From NCBI GenBank assembly GCA_018400815.1, contig JAGYLS010000023.1, forward strand, positions 1 to 21,790: DNA of 21,790 nucleotides, written 5' to 3'. Positions 7,920 through 17,408 of this stretch are shown one piece after another. This stretch comes from Candidatus Oleincola secundus (lineage in GTDB: Bacteria; Atribacterota; Phoenicimicrobiia; Phoenicimicrobiales; Stramentimicrobiaceae). The notes beneath the pieces are model-generated. The model had not been told where the DNA came from, did no database searches, and was given only the letters and a program-made list of their open reading frames with translations. Each line of letters begins with the position of its first letter. Position 1 is the first letter of the stretch. A program made the translations under genes and the position numbers.

Positions 7920-9227
7920 ATGTGTGATACTATTGTAGCACTGGGTTCTATTGTTAAAGGAGGTATAACTCTTTTTGGGAAAAATAGTGACCGTGAACCC
8001 GATGAAGCGCAAAATATCCGCATTATTCCCCGCAAAAAACATAGTCACACAGATATTGTAAAGTGTACTTATATAACCATCCCTCAAGTTTCGGAAACAG
8101 CCCGGGTATTGCTTTGTCAACCGTTTTGGATGTTTGGTGCAGAGATGGGAGGAAATGAACATGGAGTGGTTATTGGTAATGAGGCAATATTTACCAAAGA
8201 AAAGCCAGCCAAAAAAGGACTTACCGGTATGGATTTAGTACGATTAGCGCTTGAGCGAAGTCATACTGCCAGACAGGCTTTAGAAGTAATTATTAAGCTA
8301 TTAGAGAAATATGACCAGGGCGGTAATTGTGGTTATCGATTTAAATTACATTATATGAATAGTTTCATAATTGCTGATAAGAAAGAAGCTTATGTATTGG
8401 AAACTGTAAAAAGATGGTGGGCATGGAAGAAAATTAATGATGTCTGGAGCATATCCAATGTTATATCCCTTCAGCAGGATTATGACGAATGTTCCGAAGG
8501 GTTAATTAAAAATGCTGTTAACAAAGGATATTGCAAAAGCCAAAATGATTTTAATTTTCGAAAATGTTATTCCGATAAATTTATGACCTGGGCTGCCAAT
8601 GGGATTATTAGAGAAAAACGTTCCCGCGAATTGCTTGAAAAGAACAAAAACAAATTTACTGTAAAGCATTTTATAAATATTTTGCGTGATCATGGAAACA
8701 AGCCTCAGTGGACTCCTCACAAAGGACCTGGAGGAACTTTATGCTTACATGCAGCAGATTCATTATTACGAAGAACACAAACAGTGTGCTCCCTGGTTGC
8801 CAGTATCGGTAAAGAGAATAACTTTTATTATACAACCGGAGCATCCAATCCATGTTTTAGTCCTTATTTCCCGGTTTTCTATTACAATACCGAGGTACCG
8901 AAAGAATACAAAGAAGGAAGTGCATATTATAATCAGAATTCATATTGGTGGGAAAGTGAATACTACCATCGCAAAGCTCTAAAATATTTTTATTCAGCTT
9001 TAATGGAAGTTCAGCCCGTAATCGGTAATTATGAAGAAGAAATGATTGCTGGGATTGAAAATGCCAATGGAGATATTAATCAAGATATGATAGATAGATA
9101 TTTTGTTCAGGCAAGGGGTATTGTGAGAAACTGGGGAGCCGGTTCAGATAAGCTACCCCCGATGCAATTGAGCTGGTATTATAGATATTATTGGCGAAAG
9201 TATAATCGGAGAAATAAAATCTTCTAA
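7920..9227 (+). CDS. Peptidase C69/secernin-like Ntn-hydrolase (dipeptidase)
   Basis: N-terminal MCDT nucleophile; FGKNSDREPDEAQ; GAEMGGNEHGVVIGNEA; GMDLVRLALER. Confidence 0.9.
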   Translation: MCDTIVALGSIVKGGITLFGKNSDREPDEAQNIRIIPRKKHSHTDIVKCTYITIPQVSETARVLLCQPFWMFGAEMGGNEHGVVIGNEAIFTKEKPAKKGLTGMDLVRLALERSHTARQALEVIIKLLEKYDQGGNCGYRFKLHYMNSFIIADKKEAYVLETVKRWWAWKKINDVWSISNVISLQQDYDECSEGLIKNAVNKGYCKSQNDFNFRKCYSDKFMTWAANGIIREKRSRELLEKNKNKFTVKHFINILRDHGNKPQWTPHKGPGGTLCLHAADSLLRRTQTVCSLVASIGKENNFYYTTGASNPCFSPYFPVFYYNTEVPKEYKEGSAYYNQNSYWWESEYYHRKALKYFYSALMEVQPVIGNYEEEMIAGIENANGDINQDMIDRYFVQARGIVRNWGAGSDKLPPMQLSWYYRYYWRKYNRRNKIF

Positions 9228-9338
9228 AATTCCCATATTTTTTATATTTAAATTACAGTTAAGATTTCTTCTTTTAGACTTCAAATCATTCAAAAAGTAT
9301 GCAATTATAATTTTATATGATAAATATTTAAATTTAAT

Positions 9339-9367
9339 TTGACAAAAACAGATTATATTAGTAAAAT
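9339..9367 (+). promoter_or_regulatory. Sigma70/SigA promoter of the ilv-leu operon
   Basis: TTGACA (9339-9344), 17 nt, TAAAAT (9362-9367), immediately upstream of the T-box. Confidence 0.85.
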
Positions 9368-9387
9368 TGCTAAAATTATCATTAAAA

Positions 9388-9623
9388 ATTATGCAGGAAG
9401 CCAGTAGGTAATAATTTGCTGAAGAGAGCCATAAATCGGTGTGAATATGGTAGTAAATGTTACTGAAACTCACTTCCAGCTGATTAAGATATAAAATTTT
9501 AGTAAATTTATTCCAGTATTTTTTTACAATGAGGGTAGAAAATAAGATTTTCTACTGAAATAGGGTGGTAACACGACAAATTCGTCCCTATCTAAATCAA
9601 ATGGTTTAGATAGGGACTTTTTT
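9388..9623 (+). ncRNA. T-box riboswitch, leucine specifier (CUC), transcriptional
   Basis: Stem I is closed by GGAAG(9396-9400)/CTTCC(9473-9477) and has AGTA, AGAGA and GGTGTGAA motifs. Specifier GAAA-CTC-A (CTC 9469-9471). Stem III GTAGAAAAT/ATTTTCTAC (9535-9555). Antiterminator AGGG-TGGTAAC-ACGA..TCGT-CCCT (9562-9589). Confidence 0.93.
9584..9623 (+). terminator. T-box terminator
   Basis: GTCCCTATCTAAATCA-AA-TGGTTTAGATAGGGAC followed by TTTTTT; overlaps the 3' arm of the antiterminator. Confidence 0.92.
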
Positions 9624-9630
9624 ATTATTA

Positions 9631-9761
9631 AGGGAAGTATGCCTAGGGTTCCGTTTTGTATATAAAAGTCTGGACCAAGTGGCATAAAATACGGATATCA
9701 TTAATGCATAATACATTCGTATTACACCGTGGGTAAAAAAGACCCCAGCGGAAGGTTCCTT
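9631..9761 (+). ncRNA. ykkC-motif riboswitch aptamer, subtype 2a (ppGpp-sensing)
   Basis: GGAAG-TATGCC-TAGGGTTCCG...GTCTGGACCAAGT-GGCATA (P1); AATACGGAT/ATTCGTATT (P2); ACACCGTGGGT-AAAAAAG-ACCCCAGCGG (P3); P0 pairing AGGGAA/TTCCTT. Located upstream of ilvB. Confidence 0.88.
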
Positions 9762-9800
9762 GTCTCGAAATAAAAGGACCTGCCTGCGGGGTCTTTTATT
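9737..9800 (+). terminator. Expression-platform terminator of the ykkC/ppGpp riboswitch
   Basis: AAAAGACCCC(9737-9746)/GGGGTCTTTT(9788-9797) with an inner AGGTTCCTT/AAGGACCT stem. It sequesters the 3' half of aptamer P3/P0, so ligand binding should antiterminate. Confidence 0.85.
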
Positions 9801-9854
9801 AAATAAAATTAGAAAGAGTAAATTTCTGATAAAAATTGAAAAGAGGTGAAGAAT

Positions 9855-11540
9855 ATGGAATTAAGCGGAACTGAAATTATTGTTGAATCTCTGAAACAGG
9901 AAAAAGTGAAGGTAATTTTTGGTATAATCGGTGCTGCAATCATGCCTTTATATGATACCTTTGGAAAAACAGGAAAGCTTCCCTTCGAAAACATATTAAC
10001 TAGGCATGAGCAGGGAGCTATTCATGCCGCTGACGGATATGCGAGGGCAACGGGCGAGGTAGGAGTATGTATTGCTACATCAGGTCCGGGAGCAACAAAC
10101 CTGGTTACCGGCCTGGCAAATGCCTATCTGGATTCAGTCCCATTGGTGGCATTTACAGGACAGGTGCCAACTTACATGGTAGGTAATGATGCCTTTCAGG
10201 AAGTTGATATTACCGGAATTACACTTCCTATTACTAAAAATAACTATATAGCCAGAAGAGTAGAAGATTTAGCATCGATTATCAAGGAAGCCTTTTATAT
10301 CGCACGCAGTGGAAGGCCAGGACCTGTATTAATTGATTTACCCAAGGATGTTCAACAGGCCAGATGTCAATTTAAATATCCGGATAAGATAAACAGAAAA
10401 GGCTATAAGCCTTCTTATAAAGGACATGTTAGACAGATCAAAGCAGCAGCAAAAAAAATCATGGAAGCCGAGAAGCCTGTAATTATTGCCGGTGGCGGTA
10501 TCATTAATGCTAATGCTTCAGAGGAATTACAGAAAGTGGCTCTCAAGACAAATATTCCCGTTGTTAATACCTTTATGGGTCTTGGCAGCTTTCCAAAGAA
10601 CCACCCTCTTTCTCTGGGAATGTTGGGAATGTATGGACAGTATGCAGCTAATCAGACAATCAGTAGTGCTGATCTTATTATTGCACTGGGTACACGTTTT
10701 GATGACCGAATTACGGGAAATTTAAAGCAATTTTGTCCCCATGCGGAATTGATTCATATTGATATTGACCCTGTCGAAATAGGGAAAAATATTGCAGTTA
10801 AAATACCCATCGTAGGAGACCTGAAATATATACTGCATCAGTTAAACGATTACCTTGATGAGAGAAAAAATTCGTCATGGCTGATAGAAATCAAGAAAAT
10901 AAGAGAAAAGATTACACCGCAGTTAGAAGAAGAAAAAGGAGAACTGAGACCAAAATATATAATTAAGTGTATTAATGAATTTTTTAAGGGAGAGGCTATA
11001 ATTGTGACTGATGTCGGTCAGCATCAGATGTGGGCAGCCAATTATTGTCAATTTATGCATCCGCGTACTTTCGTTTCCTCAGGCGGTCTGGGTACCATGG
11101 GATATGGATTCCCTGCGGCAATTGGTGCAAAATTTGGGTGTCCCAAAAAGCCGGTAGTTTGTATATCAGGTGACGGAAGTTTTCAGATGAACATTCAGGA
11201 GCTGGCTACGGCAATTTATAACAGGCTACCGATGATTGTAGTGTTAATGAACAATGGATACCTGGGTATGGTGAGGCAATTACAGGAATTATTTTGCGAT
11301 CGACGTTATGTTTCGACTTCTCTAGCAGGGAGTCCGGATTTTATAAAAATTGTTGAAGGTTATGGCGGTGTTGGCTTCAGGGTGAATAAAAAAGAAGAAT
11401 TTTACCCGATTTTAGAGAAAGCTTATGAAATGAACCAATTTGTTCTTATAGACTGTCAGATACCTCAGGAGGAAAATACTTTTCCAATGGTTCAACCAGG
11501 TTCGTCAATCAATAAAATGATGGGAGTTGAGCAATCATGA
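9855..11540 (+). CDS. ilvB: Acetolactate synthase large subunit (biosynthetic)
   Basis: RHEQGAIHAADGYARATG, TSGPGATN, RFDDR, DVGQHQMW, GDGSFQMN..NN (ThDP motif). ATG 9855 with RBS GAGGTG is preferred over GTG 9846. Confidence 0.95.
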   Translation: MELSGTEIIVESLKQEKVKVIFGIIGAAIMPLYDTFGKTGKLPFENILTRHEQGAIHAADGYARATGEVGVCIATSGPGATNLVTGLANAYLDSVPLVAFTGQVPTYMVGNDAFQEVDITGITLPITKNNYIARRVEDLASIIKEAFYIARSGRPGPVLIDLPKDVQQARCQFKYPDKINRKGYKPSYKGHVRQIKAAAKKIMEAEKPVIIAGGGIINANASEELQKVALKTNIPVVNTFMGLGSFPKNHPLSLGMLGMYGQYAANQTISSADLIIALGTRFDDRITGNLKQFCPHAELIHIDIDPVEIGKNIAVKIPIVGDLKYILHQLNDYLDERKNSSWLIEIKKIREKITPQLEEEKGELRPKYIIKCINEFFKGEAIIVTDVGQHQMWAANYCQFMHPRTFVSSGGLGTMGYGFPAAIGAKFGCPKKPVVCISGDGSFQMNIQELATAIYNRLPMIVVLMNNGYLGMVRQLQELFCDRRYVSTSLAGSPDFIKIVEGYGGVGFRVNKKEEFYPILEKAYEMNQFVLIDCQIPQEENTFPMVQPGSSINKMMGVEQS

Positions 11541-12034
11541 AGCATACTATTGCAATTTTAGTAGAAGACCAGCCAGGTGTCATGGCGCGTGTTGCTAGTT
11601 TGTTTACCCGGAGAGGTTTTAATATTGAAAGCATTGCAGTAGGTCATTCTGAAAAAGAGGGTATTTCACGAATGACCATTATTACCAGCGGAGATGAAAA
11701 GGTTTTAGAACAGGTAACCAAACAGTTAAATAAGTTAATCGATGTCATACGCGTTCGGGACATATCTCCCCGGAATGTTATTGAAAGAGAGTTGATTCTG
11801 GTAAAAGTGCATACGGATTCATTGTCAATTCGGGCAGAGATTATTCAATTAGTAGAAATATTTAAAGCCAAAGTTGTCTATGTAGAGCGGGACACTTTGA
11901 CCATTGAAATGTCTGGAGATGAAGAAAAAGTCAGTGGACTTTTAAAGCTTTTAAAGCCATTTGGCATTATTGAAATTGTCCGTACCGGAAGAATTGCAAT
12001 AGCAAGGACTAAAAATAACGGACAACGGACGTAA
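11537..12034 (+). CDS. ilvN: Acetolactate synthase small regulatory subunit
   Basis: ACT domain LVEDQPGVMARVASLFTRRGFNIESIAVG; KQLNKLIDV; EIVRTG. ATGA overlap with ilvB. Confidence 0.95.
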   Translation: MKHTIAILVEDQPGVMARVASLFTRRGFNIESIAVGHSEKEGISRMTIITSGDEKVLEQVTKQLNKLIDVIRVRDISPRNVIERELILVKVHTDSLSIRAEIIQLVEIFKAKVVYVERDTLTIEMSGDEEKVSGLLKLLKPFGIIEIVRTGRIAIARTKNNGQRT

Positions 12035-12110
12035 TTAAGGGGAAAAATAAATTTACAGAATAGTCATATTTTTAAATGAGAGATTATCTATCAGAAAAAA
12101 GGAGGCAAAA

Positions 12111-13655
12111 ATGACTGAAAAAATATTTATTTTTGATACAACATTACGTGATGGGGAGCAATGCCCCGGGGCTTCTCTCAATACCAATGAGAAGTTAGAA
12201 ATTGCCAGGTACCTGGAAAAAATGAGAGTAGATGTTATTGAAGCCGGTTTTCCTGTATCTTCTCCTGGTGATTTTGAAGGTGTTGAGATAATTGCTAAAA
12301 ATATTAAGAATACTACCATTACCGGTTTATGCAGGGCAGTTGAAAGGGATATAAAATGTGCCTGGGATGCCATTAAGTCAGCTCAAAAACCCAGGATTCA
12401 TACTTTCATTGCTACCTCACCAATCCATATGAAGCTTAAGCTGGAGAAAACACCTCAGGAGGTTCTTCAACAAGCTGTTTCGGCGGTGAAGCTAGCAAAA
12501 AGTTATTGCCCTGAGGTGGAATTTTCCGCAGAAGATGCCAGTCGCAGCGAACCCCAGTTCCTATACAAAGTTTTTGAAGAGGTCATCAAAGCAGGTGCAA
12601 CCATTGTTAATGTCCCGGATACAGTTGGATATTCACAGCCTGATGAATTCGGCCAACTAATCCAGGGTATTAAGAAAAATGTTCCAAATATCGAACAGGC
12701 AATTATTAGCGTACATTGTCATAATGATTTGGGTATGGCAGTGGCAAATTCGCTGGAATCCTTAAAATTTGGTGTACGGCAAATCGAATGTACAATGAAT
12801 GGTATTGGAGAAAGAGCAGGAAATGCTTCTCTGGAGGAAATTGCCATGGCTTTACATACCAGAGAAGACTTTTATAATAAATCCACTAATATTGATACCC
12901 ACTACATTTATCCAACCAGTAAGCTGGTGAGTCGTCTAACCGGATTTGTTGTTCAACCTAATAAAGCTATTGTGGGGAAGAATGCATTTGCCCATGAAGC
13001 CGGCATTCATCAGGCAGGTATATTAAAAGATACTTCTACTTATGAAATTATGAAGCCACAAACAATTGGTTTGGAAAGCAATCAATTGGTATTAGGTAAA
13101 CATTCTGGTCGCAATGCTTTTAAAAGCCGTTTATTAGAATTAGGTTATGCCTTAGAGAAAGAAAAACTAAATAAATCTTTTGAGCAATTTAAACAACTGG
13201 CTGATAAAAAGAAGGAAATTTATTCTGAGGACCTCGTTGCCCTTATGTCTGAAATATTAGTTGAAGATATAACTGATATTTATGAATTGAAATATTTTCA
13301 TGTAAATACCGGAAACAGTATTTTACCAACTGCAACAGTTAGGTTAAAAAAAGAGGATAAAATTTTTGAAGATGCTGCTTGTGGTGATGGTCCTGTCGAT
13401 GCAGTATTTAACGCTATCGATCGAATCACCGGAGTCAAGGTAAAATTATCTGATTATTATATCAAGGCCTTAACTAGAGGAAAGGATGCACAGGGAGAAG
13501 CCGTAGTTGAAATCAAAGATAACGGAAGATCTTTTGTTGGAAAGAGTATAAGTACCGATACTTTGGAGGCAAGTGTAAAAGCATATCTGAAGGCGATTAA
13601 TAAAATGTTAGTGCAACTCAACAGAGGTTTAGGTTCACAAAAGAAGATAGATTAA
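12111..13655 (+). CDS. leuA: 2-isopropylmalate synthase
   Basis: DTTLRDGEQ, HCHNDLGMA, NGIGERAGN, AHEAGIHQ, LGKHSGR, C-terminal regulatory domain GDGPVDA. RBS AAGGAGG. Confidence 0.95.
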   Translation: MTEKIFIFDTTLRDGEQCPGASLNTNEKLEIARYLEKMRVDVIEAGFPVSSPGDFEGVEIIAKNIKNTTITGLCRAVERDIKCAWDAIKSAQKPRIHTFIATSPIHMKLKLEKTPQEVLQQAVSAVKLAKSYCPEVEFSAEDASRSEPQFLYKVFEEVIKAGATIVNVPDTVGYSQPDEFGQLIQGIKKNVPNIEQAIISVHCHNDLGMAVANSLESLKFGVRQIECTMNGIGERAGNASLEEIAMALHTREDFYNKSTNIDTHYIYPTSKLVSRLTGFVVQPNKAIVGKNAFAHEAGIHQAGILKDTSTYEIMKPQTIGLESNQLVLGKHSGRNAFKSRLLELGYALEKEKLNKSFEQFKQLADKKKEIYSEDLVALMSEILVEDITDIYELKYFHVNTGNSILPTATVRLKKEDKIFEDAACGDGPVDAVFNAIDRITGVKVKLSDYYIKALTRGKDAQGEAVVEIKDNGRSFVGKSISTDTLEASVKAYLKAINKMLVQLNRGLGSQKKID

Positions 13656-13702
13656 TTTATGCATAAATTAATCTAATACACATCTTCGGCATTCGGGAAA
13701 GG

Positions 13703-15280
13703 ATGAAGATAATGTCAATGAATTTAGAAATAATGGATACTACTTTAAGAGATGGAGAACAGATGAAAAATGTTAGCTATTCTCCTGATGAAAAATTGGC
13801 ACTTGCAAAAATATTATTAGATGAAATAAAAGTAGATAGAATTGAGATTACCAGTGCCAAGGTGAGTGTAGGTGAAAAAGAAGCAGTTCGAAAAATAATT
13901 GATTGGGCAAATCAATACAAATATACTCAAAGAGTTGAAATACTGGGTTTTGTAGATATTACCGAATCAGTAGATTGGATTTCTAATTTAGGCGGAAAGG
14001 TAATAAATATTCTGGCCAAAGGATCAATAAATCATTTAACTAATCAGCTAAGAAAAACAAAAGAGCAACATGTCAAAGAAATTAAGGAAACAATATCATA
14101 CGCAGGGAAAAAAGAGATTACTTGCAATCTATGGCTGGAAGATTGGTCTAATGGCATGCTTAATTCTCCGGACTATGTATATTATTTAATAGATAATCTT
14201 GCTGAAGAAAGCATAGAAAGATTTATGTTACCAGATACACTTGGAATTTTGTATCCATCTCAGGTTTATCACTTTTTGAAAAACATTATCAGGAAATATC
14301 CCAAACTGCATTTTGATTTTCATGCTCACAATGATTACGGATTGGCTACTGCTAATACTATATCAGCAGCTGAGGCAGGAATTAAGGGTGTTCATTGTAC
14401 TGTTAACGGTATGGGAGAAAGAGCCGGCAATGCACCCCTGGAAGAAGTTGTCGTAGCACTAAAAGATTTTCTCAATATTGATACAGGTATTGAAGAAAAA
14501 AGTTTATATCATTTGAGTAAGACTGTCGAGGCTTTTTCTACTTATCGTATTGCCTCAAATAAGCCAATTTGTGGAGAAAATGTCTTTACCCAAACTGCAG
14601 GCATTCATGCAGATGGAGATAGAAAAGGCAATCTATATGCCAGCAGGCTTTTACCCGAGAGATTTAACCGTAAGAGGCAATATTCTTTGGGGAAATTAAG
14701 CGGTAAATCCAATTTAGATTATAATTTGGAAGAGATAGGTATTGAACTTTCCAAAGAACAAAAAAAGAATATATTGGACAGGGTTATTGAATTGAGTGAT
14801 AAAAAGAAAACAATTACTAGCTCTGATTTACCTTATATTATATCTGATGTTTTGGAGACTCCTGAAGAAAATACTTTTAAATTAAAAGCATACAATATTT
14901 TAACAAGTCATTCAACAAAACCTGTTGCGGTAATTCAATTGCTCTATAAGGATAAAGAAAATGGCAATACGATTGAATTGGAAGAAATTGCACAGGGTGA
15001 TGGTGGTTATGATGCTTTTATGAATGCCATAAGAAAAATATTCCAGAAAATTGGCCTTAATTTACCAATGCTTATTGATTATAGGGTTAGCATTCCTCCA
15101 GGAGGTAAGACAGATGCATTGGTACAATGTGCTATTACCTGGGAGATAGAGAACAAGCAAAACATTATTACCAAGGGAGTTAATTCTGATCAGGTCTTAG
15201 CTGCCATTGAGGCAACTGAAAAGATGATGAATATTATTGCTTTGATGAAAAAATCTAATAAAAAACCGGCTGATATGTAA
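13703..15280 (+). CDS. cimA: (R)-citramalate synthase, Leptospira/Bacteroidetes-type
   Basis: IMDTTLRDGEQ..VDRIEITSAKVS..EDWSNGM..MLPDTLG..HAHNDY..QTAGIHADGD..IPPGGKTDALV. Start may be 13712 or 13718. Confidence 0.85.
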   Translation: MKIMSMNLEIMDTTLRDGEQMKNVSYSPDEKLALAKILLDEIKVDRIEITSAKVSVGEKEAVRKIIDWANQYKYTQRVEILGFVDITESVDWISNLGGKVINILAKGSINHLTNQLRKTKEQHVKEIKETISYAGKKEITCNLWLEDWSNGMLNSPDYVYYLIDNLAEESIERFMLPDTLGILYPSQVYHFLKNIIRKYPKLHFDFHAHNDYGLATANTISAAEAGIKGVHCTVNGMGERAGNAPLEEVVVALKDFLNIDTGIEEKSLYHLSKTVEAFSTYRIASNKPICGENVFTQTAGIHADGDRKGNLYASRLLPERFNRKRQYSLGKLSGKSNLDYNLEEIGIELSKEQKKNILDRVIELSDKKKTITSSDLPYIISDVLETPEENTFKLKAYNILTSHSTKPVAVIQLLYKDKENGNTIELEEIAQGDGGYDAFMNAIRKIFQKIGLNLPMLIDYRVSIPPGGKTDALVQCAITWEIENKQNIITKGVNSDQVLAAIEATEKMMNIIALMKKSNKKPADM

Positions 15281-15349
15281 TAGATAAAAGGAGGAAAATG
15301 ATATCCGGTTATAATATATAATGCATTAATAAGAATTGAGGAGGAGATT

Positions 15350-16612
15350 ATGGGAAAAACAATTGCCGAAAAAATAATACAAAATCACTGTAATAAAAAA
15401 AATATAAAAAAAGGTGATTTAGTAAAAGCAAAGGTAGATTTTGCCTTTGCTAATGACATTACCGGACCCCTGGCTATTGAGGTTTTCAATAAAATAGGTG
15501 TGAAGGAGGTATTTAACCGGGACAAAATTACTTTCATTCCCGATCATTTTACACCGAATAAAGATATAAAATCAGCTGAACAAGCAAAGATTATAAAAGA
15601 ATTTTCAGAAAATCAAATGCTTACCAACTATTTTGAAGTAGGCCAAGGTGGAATCGAACATGCGCTTTTACCTGAAAAAGGGTTTATACTTCCCGGTCAG
15701 TTAATTGTTGGAGCTGATTCTCATACTCCGACATCAGGAGCGTTAGGAGCATTAGCTATTGGTGTGGGCAGTACCGATTTGGGTGTTGTTCTGGCTATGG
15801 GAGAAATATGGTTAAAGGTACCGGAAACAATTAAATTTATTTATAATGGAAAATTGAATAAATGGGTTGGAGGAAAAGACCTAATACTTTATACCATTTC
15901 TAAAATTGGAGTAAATGGTGCCAATTATAAAGTCATGGAATTTAGCGGTGATGTTATTAGTCAACTTTCTATTGATAATCGATTTACTATATGTAATATG
16001 GCCATTGAAGCAGGTGCAAAAAGTGGAGTCATTGAGGCAGATAATGTTGCTTTAGATTATTTAAAAGAGAGAGCAAGGGACCTATTTCAAAAAATTAATA
16101 GTGATTCGGATGCTGAATATGAGCAAACAATAGAATATGATGTAGCCAATATAGAACCACAGGTAGCCTTTCCTCATTTACCTGACAAGGGAAGACCTAT
16201 CAGCGAAGTAGGAGAAGTCAGAATAGATCAATCTGTAATAGGTTCCTGTACCAATGGTCGTATTGAGGATTTAAGAATTGCTGCCCAAATATTAAAAAAT
16301 AACAAGGTTGATTCTAAAATTAGGTTAATTATTCTCCCTGCTACTCAACAGATTTATCTGGATGCCATGGAAGAGGGTTTATTAAAAGTATTTATTGAGG
16401 CAGGAGCAGTCATCAGCCCACCTACATGTGGACCTTGCCTTGGTGGACATATGGGTGTACTGGCAAAAGGAGAAAAGGCAATTTCAACCACCAACCGAAA
16501 TTTTGTTGGCAGAATGGGCCATCCGGAAAGTGAAGTATATTTATCGAACCCGGCAGTAGCAGCAGCTTCGGCTATTACCGGGAAAATATCCAGTCCCGAG
16601 GAGGTAGTATAA
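15350..16612 (+). CDS. leuC: 3-isopropylmalate/citramalate isomerase large subunit (LeuC/HacA/DmdA-type), copy 1
   Basis: DSHT, GSCTNGR, CGPCLG (Fe-S cysteines), [21 protein letters not shown]. Confidence 0.92.
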   Translation: MGKTIAEKIIQNHCNKKNIKKGDLVKAKVDFAFANDITGPLAIEVFNKIGVKEVFNRDKITFIPDHFTPNKDIKSAEQAKIIKEFSENQMLTNYFEVGQGGIEHALLPEKGFILPGQLIVGADSHTPTSGALGALAIGVGSTDLGVVLAMGEIWLKVPETIKFIYNGKLNKWVGGKDLILYTISKIGVNGANYKVMEFSGDVISQLSIDNRFTICNMAIEAGAKSGVIEADNVALDYLKERARDLFQKINSDSDAEYEQTIEYDVANIEPQVAFPHLPDKGRPISEVGEVRIDQSVIGSCTNGRIEDLRIAAQILKNNKVDSKIRLIILPATQQIYLDAMEEGLLKVFIEAGAVISPPTCGPCLGGHMGVLAKGEKAISTTNRNFVGRMGHPESEVYLSNPAVAAASAITGKISSPEEVV

Positions 16613-16614
16613 TC

Positions 16615-17112
16615 ATGATTATAAAAGGTAGTATATGGAAATTTGGAGATAATATTGATACCGATGTCATTATCCCTGCTCGCTACTTGAATACATCAGA
16701 CGCGGAAGAGCTAGCATCACATTGCATGGAAGATTATGACCGGGAGTTTATAAAAAAAATGAAGCAGGGAGATATAATTGTTGCCGGAGAAAATTTTGGG
16801 TGTGGCAGTTCCAGAGAACATGCTCCTCTTGCTATTAAAACAGCCGGCATTTCCTGTGTTATTGCTAAGTCTTTCGCTCGAATTTTTTATCGAAATGCCA
16901 TAAATATAGGTTTACCCATCTTTGAGTCTGCTGAAACCTTTGAACAGTCTAAACAGGGAGACATTTTAGAAGTAGACTCTGAAGTAGGAGTTATTAAGAA
17001 TTTTAGTAACAATAAGGAATTTCAAATAAACCCCTTACCTGATTTTATTCGGAGTATTATTTCTGCCGGAGGGTTGGTTGAATATACAAAAAAAGAAGTT
17101 GATAGAAGATAA
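16615..17112 (+). CDS. leuD: 3-isopropylmalate dehydratase small subunit, copy 1
   Basis: [40 protein letters not shown]. Confidence 0.93.
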   Translation: MIIKGSIWKFGDNIDTDVIIPARYLNTSDAEELASHCMEDYDREFIKKMKQGDIIVAGENFGCGSSREHAPLAIKTAGISCVIAKSFARIFYRNAINIGLPIFESAETFEQSKQGDILEVDSEVGVIKNFSNNKEFQINPLPDFIRSIISAGGLVEYTKKEVDRR

Positions 17113-17408
17113 GATAAAGTTAAAAGAAAAATCTATAATATCGTTATAATTGCTGTCTTTTGCTAATGTTTTTAAGATTAAAATCCTTTAAATTTATTAT
17201 GACATTATTATAGATTTTTCTTTTAATGAACTCAACTATTTAAGCGGTGTTTACTTCTGATATTTGAAATTGGTAGTCCAGGTAAATTTATTCATTGTTA
17301 TTTCACATTATAGCGATAAATATTAATAATTGAAAATAGTAAATTATTCATATATTATTTGGGAAATATAAAAATCAGGCCATAGAAAAGATAAGGGAGA
17401 GGAATATA

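Noticed and set aside
7899..8982. Short ORFs inside the C69 peptidase gene
   Set aside because: Shadow ORFs of a well-supported gene.
9153..9473. 106-aa minus-strand ORF
   Set aside because: Covers the promoter and T-box stem I; AT-rich with no family signal.
9631..9761. Guanidine-I or PRPP assignment for the ykkC aptamer
   Set aside because: The P0 helix, the CCCCAGCGG sequence and the ilvB context fit subtype 2a; no guanidine-export or purine genes lie downstream.
17240..17295. Minus-strand stretch that would read MNKIYLDY (cysteine desulfurase-like start) with a 1-nt insertion
   Set aside because: Needs a frameshift and matches only about 8 residues; consistent with chance.
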